From Chara braunii (lineage: Eukaryota > Plantae > Charophyceae): DNA of 64,000 nt. Every line of letters begins with the position of its first letter. The stretch's first letter is position 1. The stretch lies in contig BFEA01000023.1 in assembly GCA_003427395.1 (NCBI GenBank), positions 982,040 to 1,046,039 of the forward strand. Reading direction: 5' to 3'. Below are positions 50,829 to 64,000 of the stretch, in pieces. The notes below the pieces were generated by a model, which did not search any database, was not told the origin of the DNA, and worked only from the letters and a program-made list of their open reading frames with translations. Both the position numbers and the translations under genes were made by a program.

Positions 50829-52270
50829 ATGGGGTCGAGCAGGCTTTTCCTAGTAGCGGCCATTGCCGTATTGGCCCTGGCTTGCTTCCACGTCGGCGCA
50901 GCGAGGGGTTTTAGCATTGGCAGCATTTGCAATCCGCTCCTGTCGGCTCAGGGGCCGTGGCTAAATGGCCATTCGACCTTCTATGATGACTATGGTCGCG
51001 GCGGAGCTTGTGGATATGGGGCACTCGGAGGTCAGCTGTTCGGGACCCGATTTGCTGCGGGCTCGCCCAGTGTGTACTTGGGAGGATTGGCGTGCGGAAT
51101 GTGCTTGGAGGTCCGGTGTGTTGGCAGCACAGCCTGCAGACGCTCTAGCGTCCGTCTTACAATCACGGACTTGTGCCCCCCTGGCTACCCCAACACGCAA
51201 TGGTGCGGTGGAGGAAAGGTGAGAGATTATGAAGCTCTTCTGATCGTCATAGCCGTTGCAGACTCTCTAATTCCAACACTTCACCATAAATGGCATCTCT
51301 AATATCGTATCTCGCTTACGTATTGGTTCTTCTTCTTTTAAGTACGTTTTTTTTGTTTTGCTGTTCTTTAGTAATTTGGAATTTTGGAGATCGATCTCTC
51401 TGGGTCACCGGCGTTCCGGCAGGCTCGTCTTCTCTTGTGACTCTTGTGAACAGAGAGCGTTCTATATGGTTTCCATCACTTTGCGCTGGAATCTGCTGGA
51501 TCGCTTGCGTATGTCAGTGATGAATGATGAGTTGCGTGGGTGCGAGTTCTTTCCTGCCTTCTCTGGAACGTTCGTGCAAACAGTCTTTCCTGTACACTGG
51601 GGACGATGAGCTCTCCCGTTGAAGTGAAACTACAAATCGGGGTCATCTATCTATGTGCTCGGGATGGGTGACAGGACCATTATGAGTTACAATGGGGCAG
51701 GAATGAGCAGGAATGGGTCTTGCAATCACTGTCTCACGATGAATCGTACCCTTGCGCAATGTTTTTTTCCTCTCTTTCTTTTTATAATGAATGGGAGAAA
51801 CGCAAAGGTGGCTGTCTGACCCTGGTTTGGGTATCACTCGTTTTTGTATGTGTTAACCTTGGCTCTCCTTGCAGCTTCACTTGGACATTGGCAAAGACGC
51901 TTTCCCCATCATCGCGGACCCGAGGGCGGGACACGTTCCGATCCAATTCCGCAGCGTGCCTTGCGCACCCTACAAGGTCCTGAAGCTGAATCTGAGAGGC
52001 CACAGGTGGTGGCTCGAGGTCACGGCGCTGGCCATTCCCGGGAGCGGAAGAGTATTGAAGATGGAGGTTGCCGGGAAAGGCGGTCCCTGGGTGAGCATGA
52101 CGCGCGCATTCGGAGCTGCTTGGTCCACTGCAGGGTCGACTCTACAGACGCCTATCTCAGTCCGTATCTCCATATTCGGCAAGTTGTGCAAGCTCATTGC
52201 CAAGGACTGCATCGATGGACAGATCTACAACGGAAGGCAGCTTAGCTGCGCATACACCGTCGGGTACTGA
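50829..52270 (+). CDS. Alpha-expansin-like protein, copy 3; exons 50829-51218 and 51875-52270, 261 aa
   Basis: Same motifs and exon lengths; GT..AG intron of 656 bp; intact. Confidence 0.93.
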
Positions 52271-53750
52271 GAAACCACCGCCCCCCTCCGGCTTCCGCTG
52301 CTTCTCTTTTCTCTCTCATCCCCAGTGCTTCGTTAATTTCGCTTTTCTGTTCTAGTCTTTTCCATCTGTGCTCACAAAACGCGCGCTTGGTAATCAAGAA
52401 TGGGGCCGCCCTCGTTTATGCGGGCTTGCTTCCCTTGTGTGTGATGAAGGTCCAGTGAAGGTAGGTAGGTACCTTGGTGGATGCTTGCGCATGAGGTTAA
52501 GTCTGCAACGAAAACCAATTCGGTATAGATCTGGCCGTAGCTACCATGACGTATTCACAAGTCACCCTCACCATTTCCACGCTGCATCGACCTTCCGTAG
52601 AAGGTTTAAACCCATTGCTTTCCTTGCTCGAGGCTGTGGATTGCCTCTTGTTGGGCGGGCGGATGGGATGACAGGGCTGCGATGGATTGCGCGGACGGAC
52701 GGACGGACGGACGGACGGACCGATTTCTGTCCACGGAAAGGATCGCCCTTGGTCCGGGTATGAACGCATGGTTTGAACTAGGAATTGTATTCTTCTAGAA
52801 AGTGGTTTTTGAAGATTAGCAAGTGGGCGAAGCAGCCATCTTTGGGGCTTCAGTCGTCGTGAGGACCTCTGAGGAGTGACTATGACACCCAACTTCCAAG
52901 GTCCATTTACCGCGGTATAGGAGAGGGCAGGGAACTGAGGGAAGAGTCTCCACTGTCCAGTGTCCACACGCACTAATGGCTCGAACCGTCGGAACCGGGG
53001 CAAAGGCCGGGGTGTTTTGTCCGCACCAGTGCGCGAGGAGATGATGGAGATCGAATGGCGGACGGAAGTCCATCGAGATGCAAACGCCCAGAGACGGGAA
53101 GGATCAAATGGGTTTGTAATTTATTAGGAGTGCGTGATCTTTGGTATCAATTTCTCAAAGATTATTTGTCTGCTTTGACGCCGTGTATGTATCTATCTGT
53201 TTGTCTTGGTGTTGGATAGACGGCGTTAGACTGAAGTCGGTGCTGCTGAGGTTTGCGCCGGTACTCAGTTAGTTGCAGTACGATCTATGTTTGCCCCTTC
53301 GGCAAGGCAACCTCTACGTGAGCGGGATGCACGTGATGTAATAGTAATATATACCTGGTGTCTTCTGTGATGCTGGTCTTGGATTGTCGTCCTTTCGTCG
53401 TCTATGTGGATTTCGACGCGATGTCCCGCATGCTGTCTAACATGACGCACGTCTTCCTCTGTCTTCTTACTCATGGTCGAGAGCTTCTGTGGTGGTCCTT
53501 AAGTTCGACGGACAGAGACAAAAAGGCTGGTGGAGGATGGGGCTCGTACGATGTAGCCTTGAGCCTTGAGTTGGTCTTTCTTTTTCGTTTCTGCTCAGAG
53601 GCTTGTCCTTTTTTTTTGTGACCCATCTTCAGCGGAAGCCATTGTACATCACCGGTCACTATGGAGTACGGCCTTCTTGTGAACCAGTTCGGATTTGGGT
53701 AGTACGTACGACTTGCTTGCCTTATGTCATCTTCTGTAGTCTGAGTCATG

Positions 53751-53878
53751 ACAGACCGTAGCATTCCCGCCATCTTTGGTGGACAGACCATAGCATTCCC
53801 GCCATCTTTGGTGGACAGACCATAGCATTCCCGCCATTTTTGGTGGACAGATCATAGCATTCCCGCCATCTTTGGTGT
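53751..53878. repeat. 32-bp tandem repeat, about 4 units
   Basis: tagcattcccgccatctttggtggacagacca repeated without spacers. Confidence 0.9.
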
Positions 53879-56335
53879 AGAAAGGTCCGGCGTCTGGTTG
53901 GACTGTTTAGACACTCGACAATGAGTCTACAGGGCCTGACCTTTCGAAATCGTGATTTCCTTCTTTCTCTGCACGGTCTGCAGTCTACAGGCAAGTGCTG
54001 AGCTATCTTGACTCTTGTTCTCTGGGTTGCGGCAGGACGTTGGAATCTGTGTGAAGCATAGTATGCAGGGATGAAAAGACTTTGCTGTGTATTCTGTGCC
54101 ATCGTCAATGTCGACGGCGCGACGCTCATGTACAACTCGTCATGCCAGTACAGTCAAGACTCGGAGGAGTCGTCCACTTGGGACCCCATGATAGCAAATC
54201 TTACTTCGCCCGCAGGGATTGCAGCGGCAGGAGCTGGCACTGTGGCCCGGTCATTCTTTGGAGACGTTTGGATGGGGAGAATTGGTGTCCTTCCTTGGCG
54301 AGAATAGCCCGGTTTAGGGCATTTATGTGGGGGGTCGGTGAAGAGATGAGATAAGAGGGGATCGTCAGTGGAGGAGATTCTAGAAGCAACCCTGCGCGCC
54401 ATGCTGTGGCAGGGATAGGGCCACCAACTCACGGGGCATGGGACAAGAATCACGGCGCCGTGCTGTGTGATGCAGTGCAGATGAATGTCGATTAGATGCT
54501 TTCCACCTAAGCCTGCGTAAGGGACTGATGGTGCAATGGGGCCATTGTGAACATGTGGCTGTCCTGCAGGCCATGTGCATCACAGAGCGCTGGATCACTG
54601 GAGTGCCCCCGAGACATGCCATCCCTGTTCCAAGATGAAGCAGCTGGTGATGGCGGTCCGTTGGGTTGGGGAAGAGTGCCCTGGAGGAGAAATGACGAGA
54701 CTCTGGTGGGCTTATGGTGGCAAGCACTTGGACGATCGTGCAGGTGATTCTCAAGCTATGGCGATCGCTTTGGCTCATCCGAAGGAAGACATGGGACCGT
54801 GTCAAAGCTAACATGTGGTCAGGGGGCTTTGCCTGCCTGTGGGACATTGTGCGTCGAGAGCAGAACACGATTCAAAAACATACTGCCATGGCGCAAGCTT
54901 GTTGTTGGTCATTATCCGAGCCGCGGAGCGGGGTCCAGTGGTGTCGTCGGATGGCTGAGTCAGGGCATACGCACACTACCGGTCCGGTAGCACTTTTCGA
55001 AATGTATCTGATTGCAATTACCGGCAGACATCGACGAATCTGACCGCAAATACGACCAGAGCTTAGAAGAAAACGTCCTAGTGCGAGTATACCGCCAGAG
55101 GGGATGGATGCGGGGTTGAACTTCGCTTGGTATAGTGAGTGGTTTGGTGTTCTTGTGAATTTCTTGATTCAGGCTTACAATCACAAGAATGCTGCCATCA
55201 CGCCGTGGGATCGCAGGCTTGAGGTGTTCTGGCTCTGCGTGTATGTTATGTCCAAGGGTCCAGACGAGCTGAGACGGAGTTCCAAGCGTCAGTGGAAGTG
55301 GAAATGGAAATGGGAGTGCGGGCCCTGCTAGTGGCAGCTCGGCGGAAGGGGGTTACACCAGTACACGGCTTCTGGCATCCAAGAGCAGCCGGTCACCTGC
55401 AAACGGGCCGGAGACGGCAATCGAAGAGATGGGATTGGGAATAGAGATGCGAGATAACAGTGGGGCTTGAGAGTCGAGACTCATTGACTGCTCACACTGA
55501 GTCCGGAGTGCGCGGATGTCATTGCGCTCCCTATATTCGCTGTTATGATCGAGCGGCTATGGTCGGCAGGCTGTGGTACCCACACAGAGCTTCTCGATCG
55601 GTGCTCTGGATTGGCGCACCATGGTAAGTGCAATGATCGAGAAGAGGAATTGCACATTATTGCAGAAGGGATGTCAATGTCGCCTTGGGTGTCGGCGGTG
55701 ATTGTCGATGGCGTACAGTAGCCGACGAGCCGTGAATGAAGGCATCAGCTTATAGGTCGACTGGGAGTATGGGACAGTGGGTCTACTTAGAAGCATGAAG
55801 GGTGCAGCCAAGGTTTCCGCGTGGGCGCTTTCAACCAATTACCCCCCCAGGCGAACTTGTGAACTGGAATGTCTGCAGTTAGTGAGTCATTGTGATTGAC
55901 GTAGCTATAAGGTGTAGATGAGCAGGTCGAGATGAGAGTGTACTCTGCCTTGCTCATCGTGCAGCCATGCGCCGAGCGAGAGTGTGAGTGTAGTGATGTA
56001 CACTAGACTACATGTAGATAGAATGTGCCGTGTGGTGACTGGGAGAGGGCGCGAAGCGCCGAGGCCTCATTTTCGGAAGTTTTTCCCCGTCTCTTTTGGC
56101 CGTAACCGTTTTTTGGCCACGTTAGCCATGTGTGACCATTGGCAGAGGTCTATTTTGTTCCCTGGATCTCATTGTGAATCTTTAGCAGAAGTGCGTGACT
56201 ATTCTGAAAGTGCTGTTCTGTATGTTAGAGGGGGCATCGCGAATGACAATTTCTTCTCAGTATGCATTCAACAGACGAAAAACAGTTCTCCTTTGAAGAA
56301 AAGTACGTTTGACACTCCTTTGGCGGGCAGCGCTG

Positions 56336-56401
<66 letters not shown>

Positions 56402-56868
56402 NTGGGTGTGTGTGTGTGTATGTGTGTGTGTGTGTGGGTGTGTGTGTGTGTGTGTGTGTGTGGGAGAGTGTGTCCGTTTGTCAGTGGCTGATTAAGGCAG
56501 GACTAAGGTTCGGGAAACTGTTTATGTGATGGCAGGGCGGGGAGGCGTTCTTTGGGAATGCTGGTCTGAGTTACCCTCCTAAAGAGTCTGCAGACGGACA
56601 GACAAAACATGTCGAGGGACACCACGTTGCAGGCCGAATGCATTGCCTCAATGCCTCCTACGTGGCCTCTGGCTGTTGTGGGTCTTGTGGCTGTGGTGAG
56701 AGCAGAAATGGATGTGGCGTGAGTCTCATATATGCGAACATGGGTTTTGGTTTGATACATTCGTCGTCTTGCCGTCGTTGCCGAATCTTTGTCAACTTGA
56801 GGTCTGACTTGTGGCACACAGTCATGCTTGCACGGCCCACACGAAGTTTGTGCTGGCAGTCTGCCTCA

Positions 56869-56869
<1 letters not shown>

Positions 56870-56925
<56 letters not shown>

Positions 56926-57245
56926 CCACCGCCGCCGAATTGCCCCAAGAAGAAGAACAACAAGAAGAAGAACGAAAACAAATATGAAACAGCAAAGAAC
57001 TTCTGAATCAAGAAAAAGAACAAAAAGAATAAGATGACGCCGATCATGACGGGGGAAAACAAAAACAGTAAGGAAGAAGAAGAAGAAGAAGAAGAAGAAG
57101 AAGAAGAAGAAGAAAGAAGAAGAAGAAGAAGAAAGAAGAAGAAGAAGAAAACAGCAAAGAAGAAGAAGGAAAAAAAAACACGGCAAAGAACATTGAAGAA
57201 GAAGAAGAAGAAGAAGAAGAACAAGAACAAGAAAAAGAAAAAACA
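56870..57245. repeat. (TG)n followed by a (GAA)n low-complexity tract
   Basis: Direct reading. Confidence 0.9.
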
Positions 57246-57309
57246 AACACGGCAAAGAACTGTTTTTCTCTTATCAGTCATGAAAAGAACTGGGGGGGGA
57301 GAAATCCGC

Positions 57310-59460
57310 TTTTCTTTTCTTTTATTTATTATTATTATTTTATTTTATTTTATTTCCACAAAAAGAGCCACTTTTATTTCATGAAAGAAGAAGGGGGAGG
57401 CCGGGAATCCCCCCACAAACAACCCGGAAAACAAGTACTGGGACCATTACCCAGTTTGGTTCAAATGAGGTGGTGGGCCAAAAAGGTCCAGTGGCAGAAA
57501 TGGCCAAAGCAAGACCGCTGCCCTGACAAAAGGTCCACCCCTTAAAAAAAAAAAAGGAAAAACCACAAGGCCCAAAAAAGCTACACAAACCAAGAAAACC
57601 TGTCTACTGCTACCCACATCCGAAGATAAAACCAGAAACAAACAAAACAAAAACTACGATTATTATCCTACAAAACCACCTACAGCCGTGGAAGAGAGGT
57701 CTTGAAGAGACCCTCTATACCAAGCACGCTCCCTCCCCTAAACGAAGTCCTCCTGCCTGCCTCCCGTGGCTAAATATCAACCGAGCAGTCTAAGTTGGTC
57801 AAATAAGAAACCATATCCACCAAAGTTGTCACTCCAGAGTCCAGAGACTCATACAACAGCTAATATTTAAGCTATCTCTCTATCTATCTAACCGTCCGCC
57901 GGCGGTGGACGGGAGCAACACAATTGATCGCATAAATGTAGTTACTATCACAGCCACTGCCCAGTACCCAAAAACACACCTTTGACCCGCAAGAGATGAA
58001 CATAGTCACACCCAGTAAAAACAGCATACTCAATTCAAAACCCATGTGTCTAACTGCAATCTGGACAGAGCATCAATAGTTGCCAAGGACCCTCCCTGGC
58101 ACCAAGTGGATATGAACCATTGGAGGCCTTGAACGGGAGATTTGGAACAGGACACTTTGCGCCTCCAGTCGGCTTGAATGGATCGACGCAGCAGGAGGGA
58201 CACTGAGCTTCTGATCTGTTTATTCGACCATTCGTTATCCTTGAACAATCAGAACACACGATCGTTTCGGCACTGCCAAATGACTGAAAATGTAATGCCA
58301 CGGAGCACATGGGCCACATATCCCCAGCCTGAGTGCTTGTTGCAGTTCTCCGGAATTCCTCCTAATAGAGTCCATTCTTTGTTCCATGGGAAAGCCGGCC
58401 CTGAGATGGGATTCCAATGAGCAATACACCATTTCCAGATCTTTTCCGAGGCCGGACAGTCCCACCACAGATGGATGGTAGACTCAAAAGCCCAGTTGCA
58501 TCTGCTGCATTTAAGGTCCACTGTTACGCCCTTCTGTGCTAGCCATACTGTAGATGGGGTAACAACCATGGAAACCAGCCACAAAATAGACGCCTGTCTT
58601 TGACAGGGGATGAGTTCTAGCTGCTCCCAGCATGAGCATAGTGCAGAGTCGATCCGAGCCAGGTCTACTTCCCGGTCCAATTCAAGCAGTTTCATCCAGC
58701 GGGGCCTACCTTTGACCAGTGGACATTTCAATGGCTTCAACAGAGCGTACCCCAGCTTCAGTGAGTATTCTGTGAGATTGGGATAGAAGCCTCCTCTCCC
58801 CGACACTGTCCATTCCCAGAGGTAGGGATCAAGTTTCAGCTGGAGAATAGAGAGACCTTGACCAAACATTCTGTACTCCGTTTCTGACTCTCCCACCCCT
58901 GTCACCAGTACCCGAACTTGGTAAAGAGGGCGTCCCAACAGGGATTGAGGATTGTCCTCATCCCTAATCAGGGTCTGAGAGGGAAGGACCGAGTAGGCCT
59001 GAAAGACTCGTTTCAAGTCGTTTGCCCTCGGGCAAGTGTTCTATGAGAAGCCAAATGGAGGAAGAGGCAGAGTCTGAAGAGTACCATGTGCCCGGGGGGT
59101 CTAACGATTCTGAGAAGAGGCGTAATTTCCATCCCATGGGGATTGCAGCAATAATAGCTTCTTTCTTCCTCTTTAGTTGTCTAACTTGTCCCAAAGTCGT
59201 TCTAAGCTCCGCATCCTGTTTCCAATCTCCAGTGAGGTCCTTCCACATGTCTCCAATCCTGAGCACCCCACGACTGACCGAAGTTGCCAGGAGATGAGTC
59301 AGCAGAGAATGGGAGGCCGTTAGGCAAGGTAATCTTCGGGTTCTCGAAGAGCGGTTGGATTAAGACTTCTGATTTGGTAACAGGTTTTTTCCAACTGTTC
59401 GGGAAGGTTTTCTTCCAAGCCTTGATGATCGCCTGCCAAAAAGGTGAGTTGATCAATGCA
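57310..59460 (-). mobile_element. 5'-truncated L1/Tx1-type LINE (ORF2 C-terminus, 3' UTR, A-rich tail)
   Basis: SPFWQAIIKAW, CSRCNWAFESTIHLWWDCP (zf-RVT-like), IWQCRNDRVF; (TTTA/TTA)n at 57320-57355. Confidence 0.8.
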
Positions 59461-59539
59461 ACACACTTTCTTTTTTTTTACCTGTATAAGTCCATGAAAT
59501 TTTAACTTTAATTTTATTATTTGGCCCCGCTTTTTCTTC

Positions 59540-60432
59540 TCACAGCACCCCTTTTACTTTTCGGTCTCCATCGCCTCCATCCCCGTCTCCATCACCGCCT
59601 CATCCGCCGCCACTGCCTTGCACTATCTTTTCAATCACGGCCGGAGTGAAGGTTTGGGTAATATGATCATCTAATTTCTTGATGTAGGATTGAATATGCA
59701 GATCTAGGTCTTGGGCGGACTTCTGCAGAAAGGTATTCCAGACATTTTCAAATTCATGCTGATGGCTTTCAACTTTTTATAGGGTCCGGTTGATTGCGGC
59801 TACTTCTTGTTTGGTATGGAGGACTGCTTCCGTCAACAGAGCAAGTTTTTCTTCGGTGGCTGCTTGTTTGTCTTTCTGTGCTTGTAGCTCGCTATGCAGT
59901 CTTGCTCCCTCTACTTTTAATTTTTTTATTTCATCAAGTTTTTATCGCTTGGCTGCAAACATTTTATTATGCAGCTCGGCGTGTTTTTCTTCAAGCATGA
60001 GCTCTTTTTCCTTTTGGTCTATAACAGTCGTCAATCTCGCAACGAATACATCCCTTACTTCTTCTGTTTCTTCAGGTCTATCACTGAAATTGGCATACTG
60101 GTCGTACCAGTCCAGCGGTTTGACATCAAGTTCACCCGCTGTCTGGCTTGTTTCACCTTTTCCTGCATGCCGCGTGACAAGTCTTCCTCCCCCTTCTTCA
60201 GATTTTTCTTCTTCTTCTTCTTCAATAGTCTGCAATTCCTCCTTCAACTCTTGGTCTAACTTCTCTTTTAACTTCTTCTTCAAATCTTCTTCTTCTATGT
60301 GGGCCTTTTTCTTTATTTCTTCTTCTTTCTTTTTCTTTCTTTCTTCTTTCTCCTTTTTCTTTTCTGCCTGCCGGTGGTCAATTTCAGCCTGCTCAGCAGG
60401 AGTGGGCCCTGGCTTCATTGCTCCTAAGCGCA
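59540..60432 (-). pseudogene. Decayed coiled-coil, Lys/Glu-rich ORF, probably transposon-derived
   Basis: Long frame with few stops (QAEKKKEKEERKKK...EFENVWNTFLQKS...GDGDGDGG). No catalytic motif recognised. Confidence 0.45.
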
Positions 60433-61457
60433 TCATCATACGAGAGGTGCTTATTCTCCCGAAGCCAAGGGGAAATAGAACTCGGAACAGCGGGCCCAAC
60501 AACACGGAAAGGGCAATGAAGCCGTGCATGGGGAGGTCGTCCACGATGATGGGGCTTAGCACAAGAGACCCTCCACAGGTCCCACCAGGTAGGCCTCCCA
60601 ACTGATCTTCAAACTACTCCAAGTGGAGGTGGGTGGAATAAACACTTTGCTTTGTCTGTGTTTTTTTTTTTTTTTTTTTTTTTTTCTGTGGGTGTCGCTA
60701 TTGCAATAATAACGAATTTCGGAATCTTAAATATACTTTTCTTTTTTCTTGCTGCCTGTGTTCAAAATCTTAAGATTTAGAAATCGGGCTGATCAGAACA
60801 GTGATAACGTTTGTTGGTTGTCTAGTTGGAAACTTTTTCACTTTCTTATATATATATATTTTTTCTTTCTATGCTAACTCTGTCTGTTTGTCCTCTTGCG
60901 CAGGTAGGCACTGGAGTAATCACTTAATCAGATACCTGGGTCTCACTTCAATCACACTTATCTCCTGCCCAGTTTGATTAGACCCTGTACCGTACTTGTA
61001 TCTGATGTGGCAGACTGCCACCACCTCCCAACGGGCCAACGTGCTCCTATCTTGACTACAGCGCAGACTTCAAACTAGAGGGTAGGAGAAGAAAGGACTC
61101 TGATCACCCTGGACCCTGATGTGACAGCGGCAGCAGCGACCCCTGAGAGGATAAGAAGAAGAGGTACACACACACATACAACCAGGTAAGGGGTAAAGGG
61201 TGTTTCTCTCTTTGTAGCGATCGTCAATGAACACTCCTCATCGCTTCGCACTCCAAGCTCCAGGTAAGTATCTCTTCTGCCCCCTTCCTCTTCGGCCTAC
61301 TCCTCTCCCATATCCCTATCCACCTCTCCCACCATCGCCAACATCCTCAAGAAGCGAGCGGTCTCTCCTTCTTCTCGCCGGCCTTACTCATGCAAGCGCA
61401 GTGAGTACAACAAGTATCTACTCTGATACCAGAATTGCAAGGACCCTAACTGTTCAC

Positions 61458-61840
61458 CTATGAATCCCCCTCGGCGGCGGACAGGCGCGGCTAAGTCCGC
61501 GGCCGCGGCCGAGTCCACGACCCTGTGGCCGCGTGGCGGCCGCTGAGGAAGGGGGTTTAGGAATCGGGAAGCGCCACGTGGCGGCGCAACCTCAGCCCCA
61601 CCCCATCAGGCAAAAAAAAAGGAAAAAAATCAAATTTTTGGTTGGGGGGGTAATAGCGAAATTGAAGAAAAATTAGAAAATAGGAGAAAAAAAACGTGTT
61701 TCCCCCCCCCCCCCTTTTGATTGCTTGATTGATTGCTTGATTGACGGATTGATTGATGGATATATATTTTACCTATTATTTAATTCAAGAAAATTCGTGT
61801 AAAATCGGGTCCATGGTAGGGAAATTCGTGTAAAATTTGT
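61458..61840. mobile_element. Left part of a CTAYGAA-family element; right end not found in the window
   Basis: ctatgaatcccc then GC-rich ccgcgg repeats and an AT-rich core, as in 37912-38396. Confidence 0.5.
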
Positions 61841-64000
61841 TGATATAAGTAGCGCAACTTATATTAACAATGTCACTTATTACAAGAGTATCAAGAGTTC
61901 CGGAATTCAGCGCCAACAAAAGATAGTCTCTCTCATCATACAACAACATGGAATCTGGCTCAGCCAGCATCCTTCTTCGACTTCCAGATATGGCGCCAAC
62001 AGGTAAGTATGCAACATATTCAGATTCACTTCCTGTCTGTCTTCTCTCTCTGTGGATTTCTTCTCTCTCTCTCGAACTATGTCTTGGTTCTTTCCCCTCA
62101 CTCTGCATGCAAACTCTTACCCACGAAGATCTACTTTGAATGTCACTAACTGCTATCCTACTCACTAACTCTCTACTACTAACATAGGCTGGCGCAGCTA
62201 TGGCTTCCCTGCAGCCAGCGCCCAGCCTCCCTTCTTCCTGGTGCAACTCTACTTCAGCCAGCGCCTGTCCAGCCAGCTAGCGCACAAGTGCCACAACACT
62301 TCCACGCATCAAATGATAGTCCAAATCTGTCTTGTGGGGAGGCAGTCTCATTTCTTATAATGTCNGCCTCCCCAAACGAGGGTTGAATCCTATCTGTCGT
62401 GGGTCCTTTCCCAGTCCCAGCTTCTGTGTATGTGTCCCCGATTCCCTGTCCTTCAAGGGTTGCTGCTGCTGCGGCTTGTAGGCCTCAATTTCGGACTGCT
62501 TATCTGTATCTAGACTGTCCCCTTGACTCGAATCTAGTCTGAGACACATCTTTTGAATGAACAGGCACTTTTAGACAGACACATCTTTTGAATGAACAGG
62601 CACTTTTACTCCACGAACAGACACATTGACTGCACGTACAGACACATCTCTGCATGCATAGGCATGACTTGCACATCCCCTGGATGAACAAATGTGACCC
62701 AAATATTTAGATTTTGCAACTGTTCGTCCAAGCGCACAACTGTGACCTTTGACAATGTCTTTTGCTTTAGTTTAGAATGTGACCTTTGACCCAAAGAAAA
62801 TGTCTTTCGATCTGCTTTCACGAATTGGGCTCTGGGCGAGGGACCCCAATATGCTGCTTTCGTCAAACAGGGGCTGAATCGGGTAAAGACCTTTTTAGTT
62901 GCATACTCCTGAAACACAGTCATAAGTATGGCGCAGATTCCCAGAACAGACCAGATAATACAGAGTTATACAGATGCAAGCGGAAGACATTAGATACCTT
63001 TGACGGACTCAGACCTGACTCGAACTGCAATAGAGCACTCTCATCATTCATCAGGGTGTGAATGCCCTGGCCTCGAGTTGTAGACGAAGGGCCAGGGCTG
63101 AAATCATACACGGACGAAAGGGGAGAGGAGAGAGACGAAGGAGGAGAAGGAAGATGACGTCAACTCAATGTTTCCAAAGATAGTAGCTTGAACTGTTAGA
63201 AGTGACGAAAATCCGAAATGTCGCGAATGACAAGTCTCACAATATCCCAGATGTCGATGTCACAATGTCAAGTACATCTCCGAGAGGAAGAGGAAATCAG
63301 ATCCCCAAATAGTCCTCAACTCTTGGTCCCAATGTCGCTGTCTCAGATATCATCAGAAATCGTAACCAACTCTCGTACTGCAGTAGTCCCGTAGGAGACC
63401 CCAGACTAGACTGAGAAGGTAGGAAGAGAGAGAGAGAGAGAAGAGAGAGAGATAGAGTTGGAGGGCGGAGGAACAGAGGGAGAGAAGGCAGAGCCTTCCT
63501 CCCAATACCTGGCTATGGCGCGGCAAGGCCGCTGCACTGTCCTCTTCACTGCTGCGCTCACTATCTCCTCGCTGCTTTGGCTCTTGCTGCTATGCTGCGC
63601 TAATCTGCTTAACGCTGCCAAGCTGCGCTAATCCTGAAGACTAACTTCGCCCAGACTAACCTCATACTAGTCTCCCTACTGAGGCTGGTACCCAGCCTTT
63701 TGTAGTGTTGGGCCGGCCTCCTACCCGCTGGTACCTACCGGCCTGGACCGTTAATCTAGATCAACGGTCCAGTTTCGAAACTGGTTGGCGCCCAAAACGG
63801 TGCTAGCCTCTGAAGTGCCGCGGGTAGGTCCTAGGCCGGACCGGTACCGCCTTGTGGCCGTTTGGCCTGGGCCTGCCTGAACCGTCATCGTCCAGGCCCC
63901 TCTGGGTCTCATCTGAATCGTCGTCCCTTAGGCTAACCCTGCCTGTCTGGAACCGGGCCCTAACTGGGGCCCGTGTGGCTTAGTATGCTATAGTGTGTGT

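Noticed and set aside
6077-50829. Regular spacing of about 22 kb between the expansins (22486 and 22266 bp) as a tandem repeat unit
   Set aside because: The intervening DNA consists of different insertions and includes a gap of estimated length; probably coincidence.
53751-53878. CRISPR-like 32-bp repeats
   Set aside because: No spacers, no cas genes, eukaryotic context; the paralogous block near 31041 has a single unit.
61841-64000. Possible LTR of another family inserted in the 61458 element
   Set aside because: Starts with TG and looks non-coding, but there is no second copy, PBS, PPT or TSD in the window to support it.

Overview
Repeat-rich eukaryotic (green plant lineage) genomic DNA. 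The style of repeats and genes suggests a streptophyte alga such as Chara, but this is inference. The only credible host genes are three paralogous two-exon alpha-expansin-like genes (6077-7468, 28563-30051, 50829-52270), each inside a co-duplicated block of about 4-7 kb. The rest is nested mobile DNA: eight copies of a long (about 2-2.7 kb) TGTGAC...GTCACA LTR in two subfamilies, one decayed Ty3/gypsy gag-pol (34.0-44.3 kb) with a PHD finger before the integrase, L1/Tx1-type LINE fragments, several MITE families, three U6 snRNA pseudogenes, microsatellites, two N-gaps and a Nextera junction adapter. The most unusual signal is the LTR architecture. LTRs next to the tRNA-iMet PBS lack the terminal 11 nt (including the CA) that integrated right ends carry. 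A copy of that 11-mer lies directly in front of one LTR as a CA-TA-TG junction, and in another copy the 11-mer is fused straight onto a truncated LTR. This fits a split, circularly permuted LTR integrated from a circle by a DDE integrase (hypothesis). The same LTRs carry a conserved unknown ORF and a captured hAT transposase fragment.
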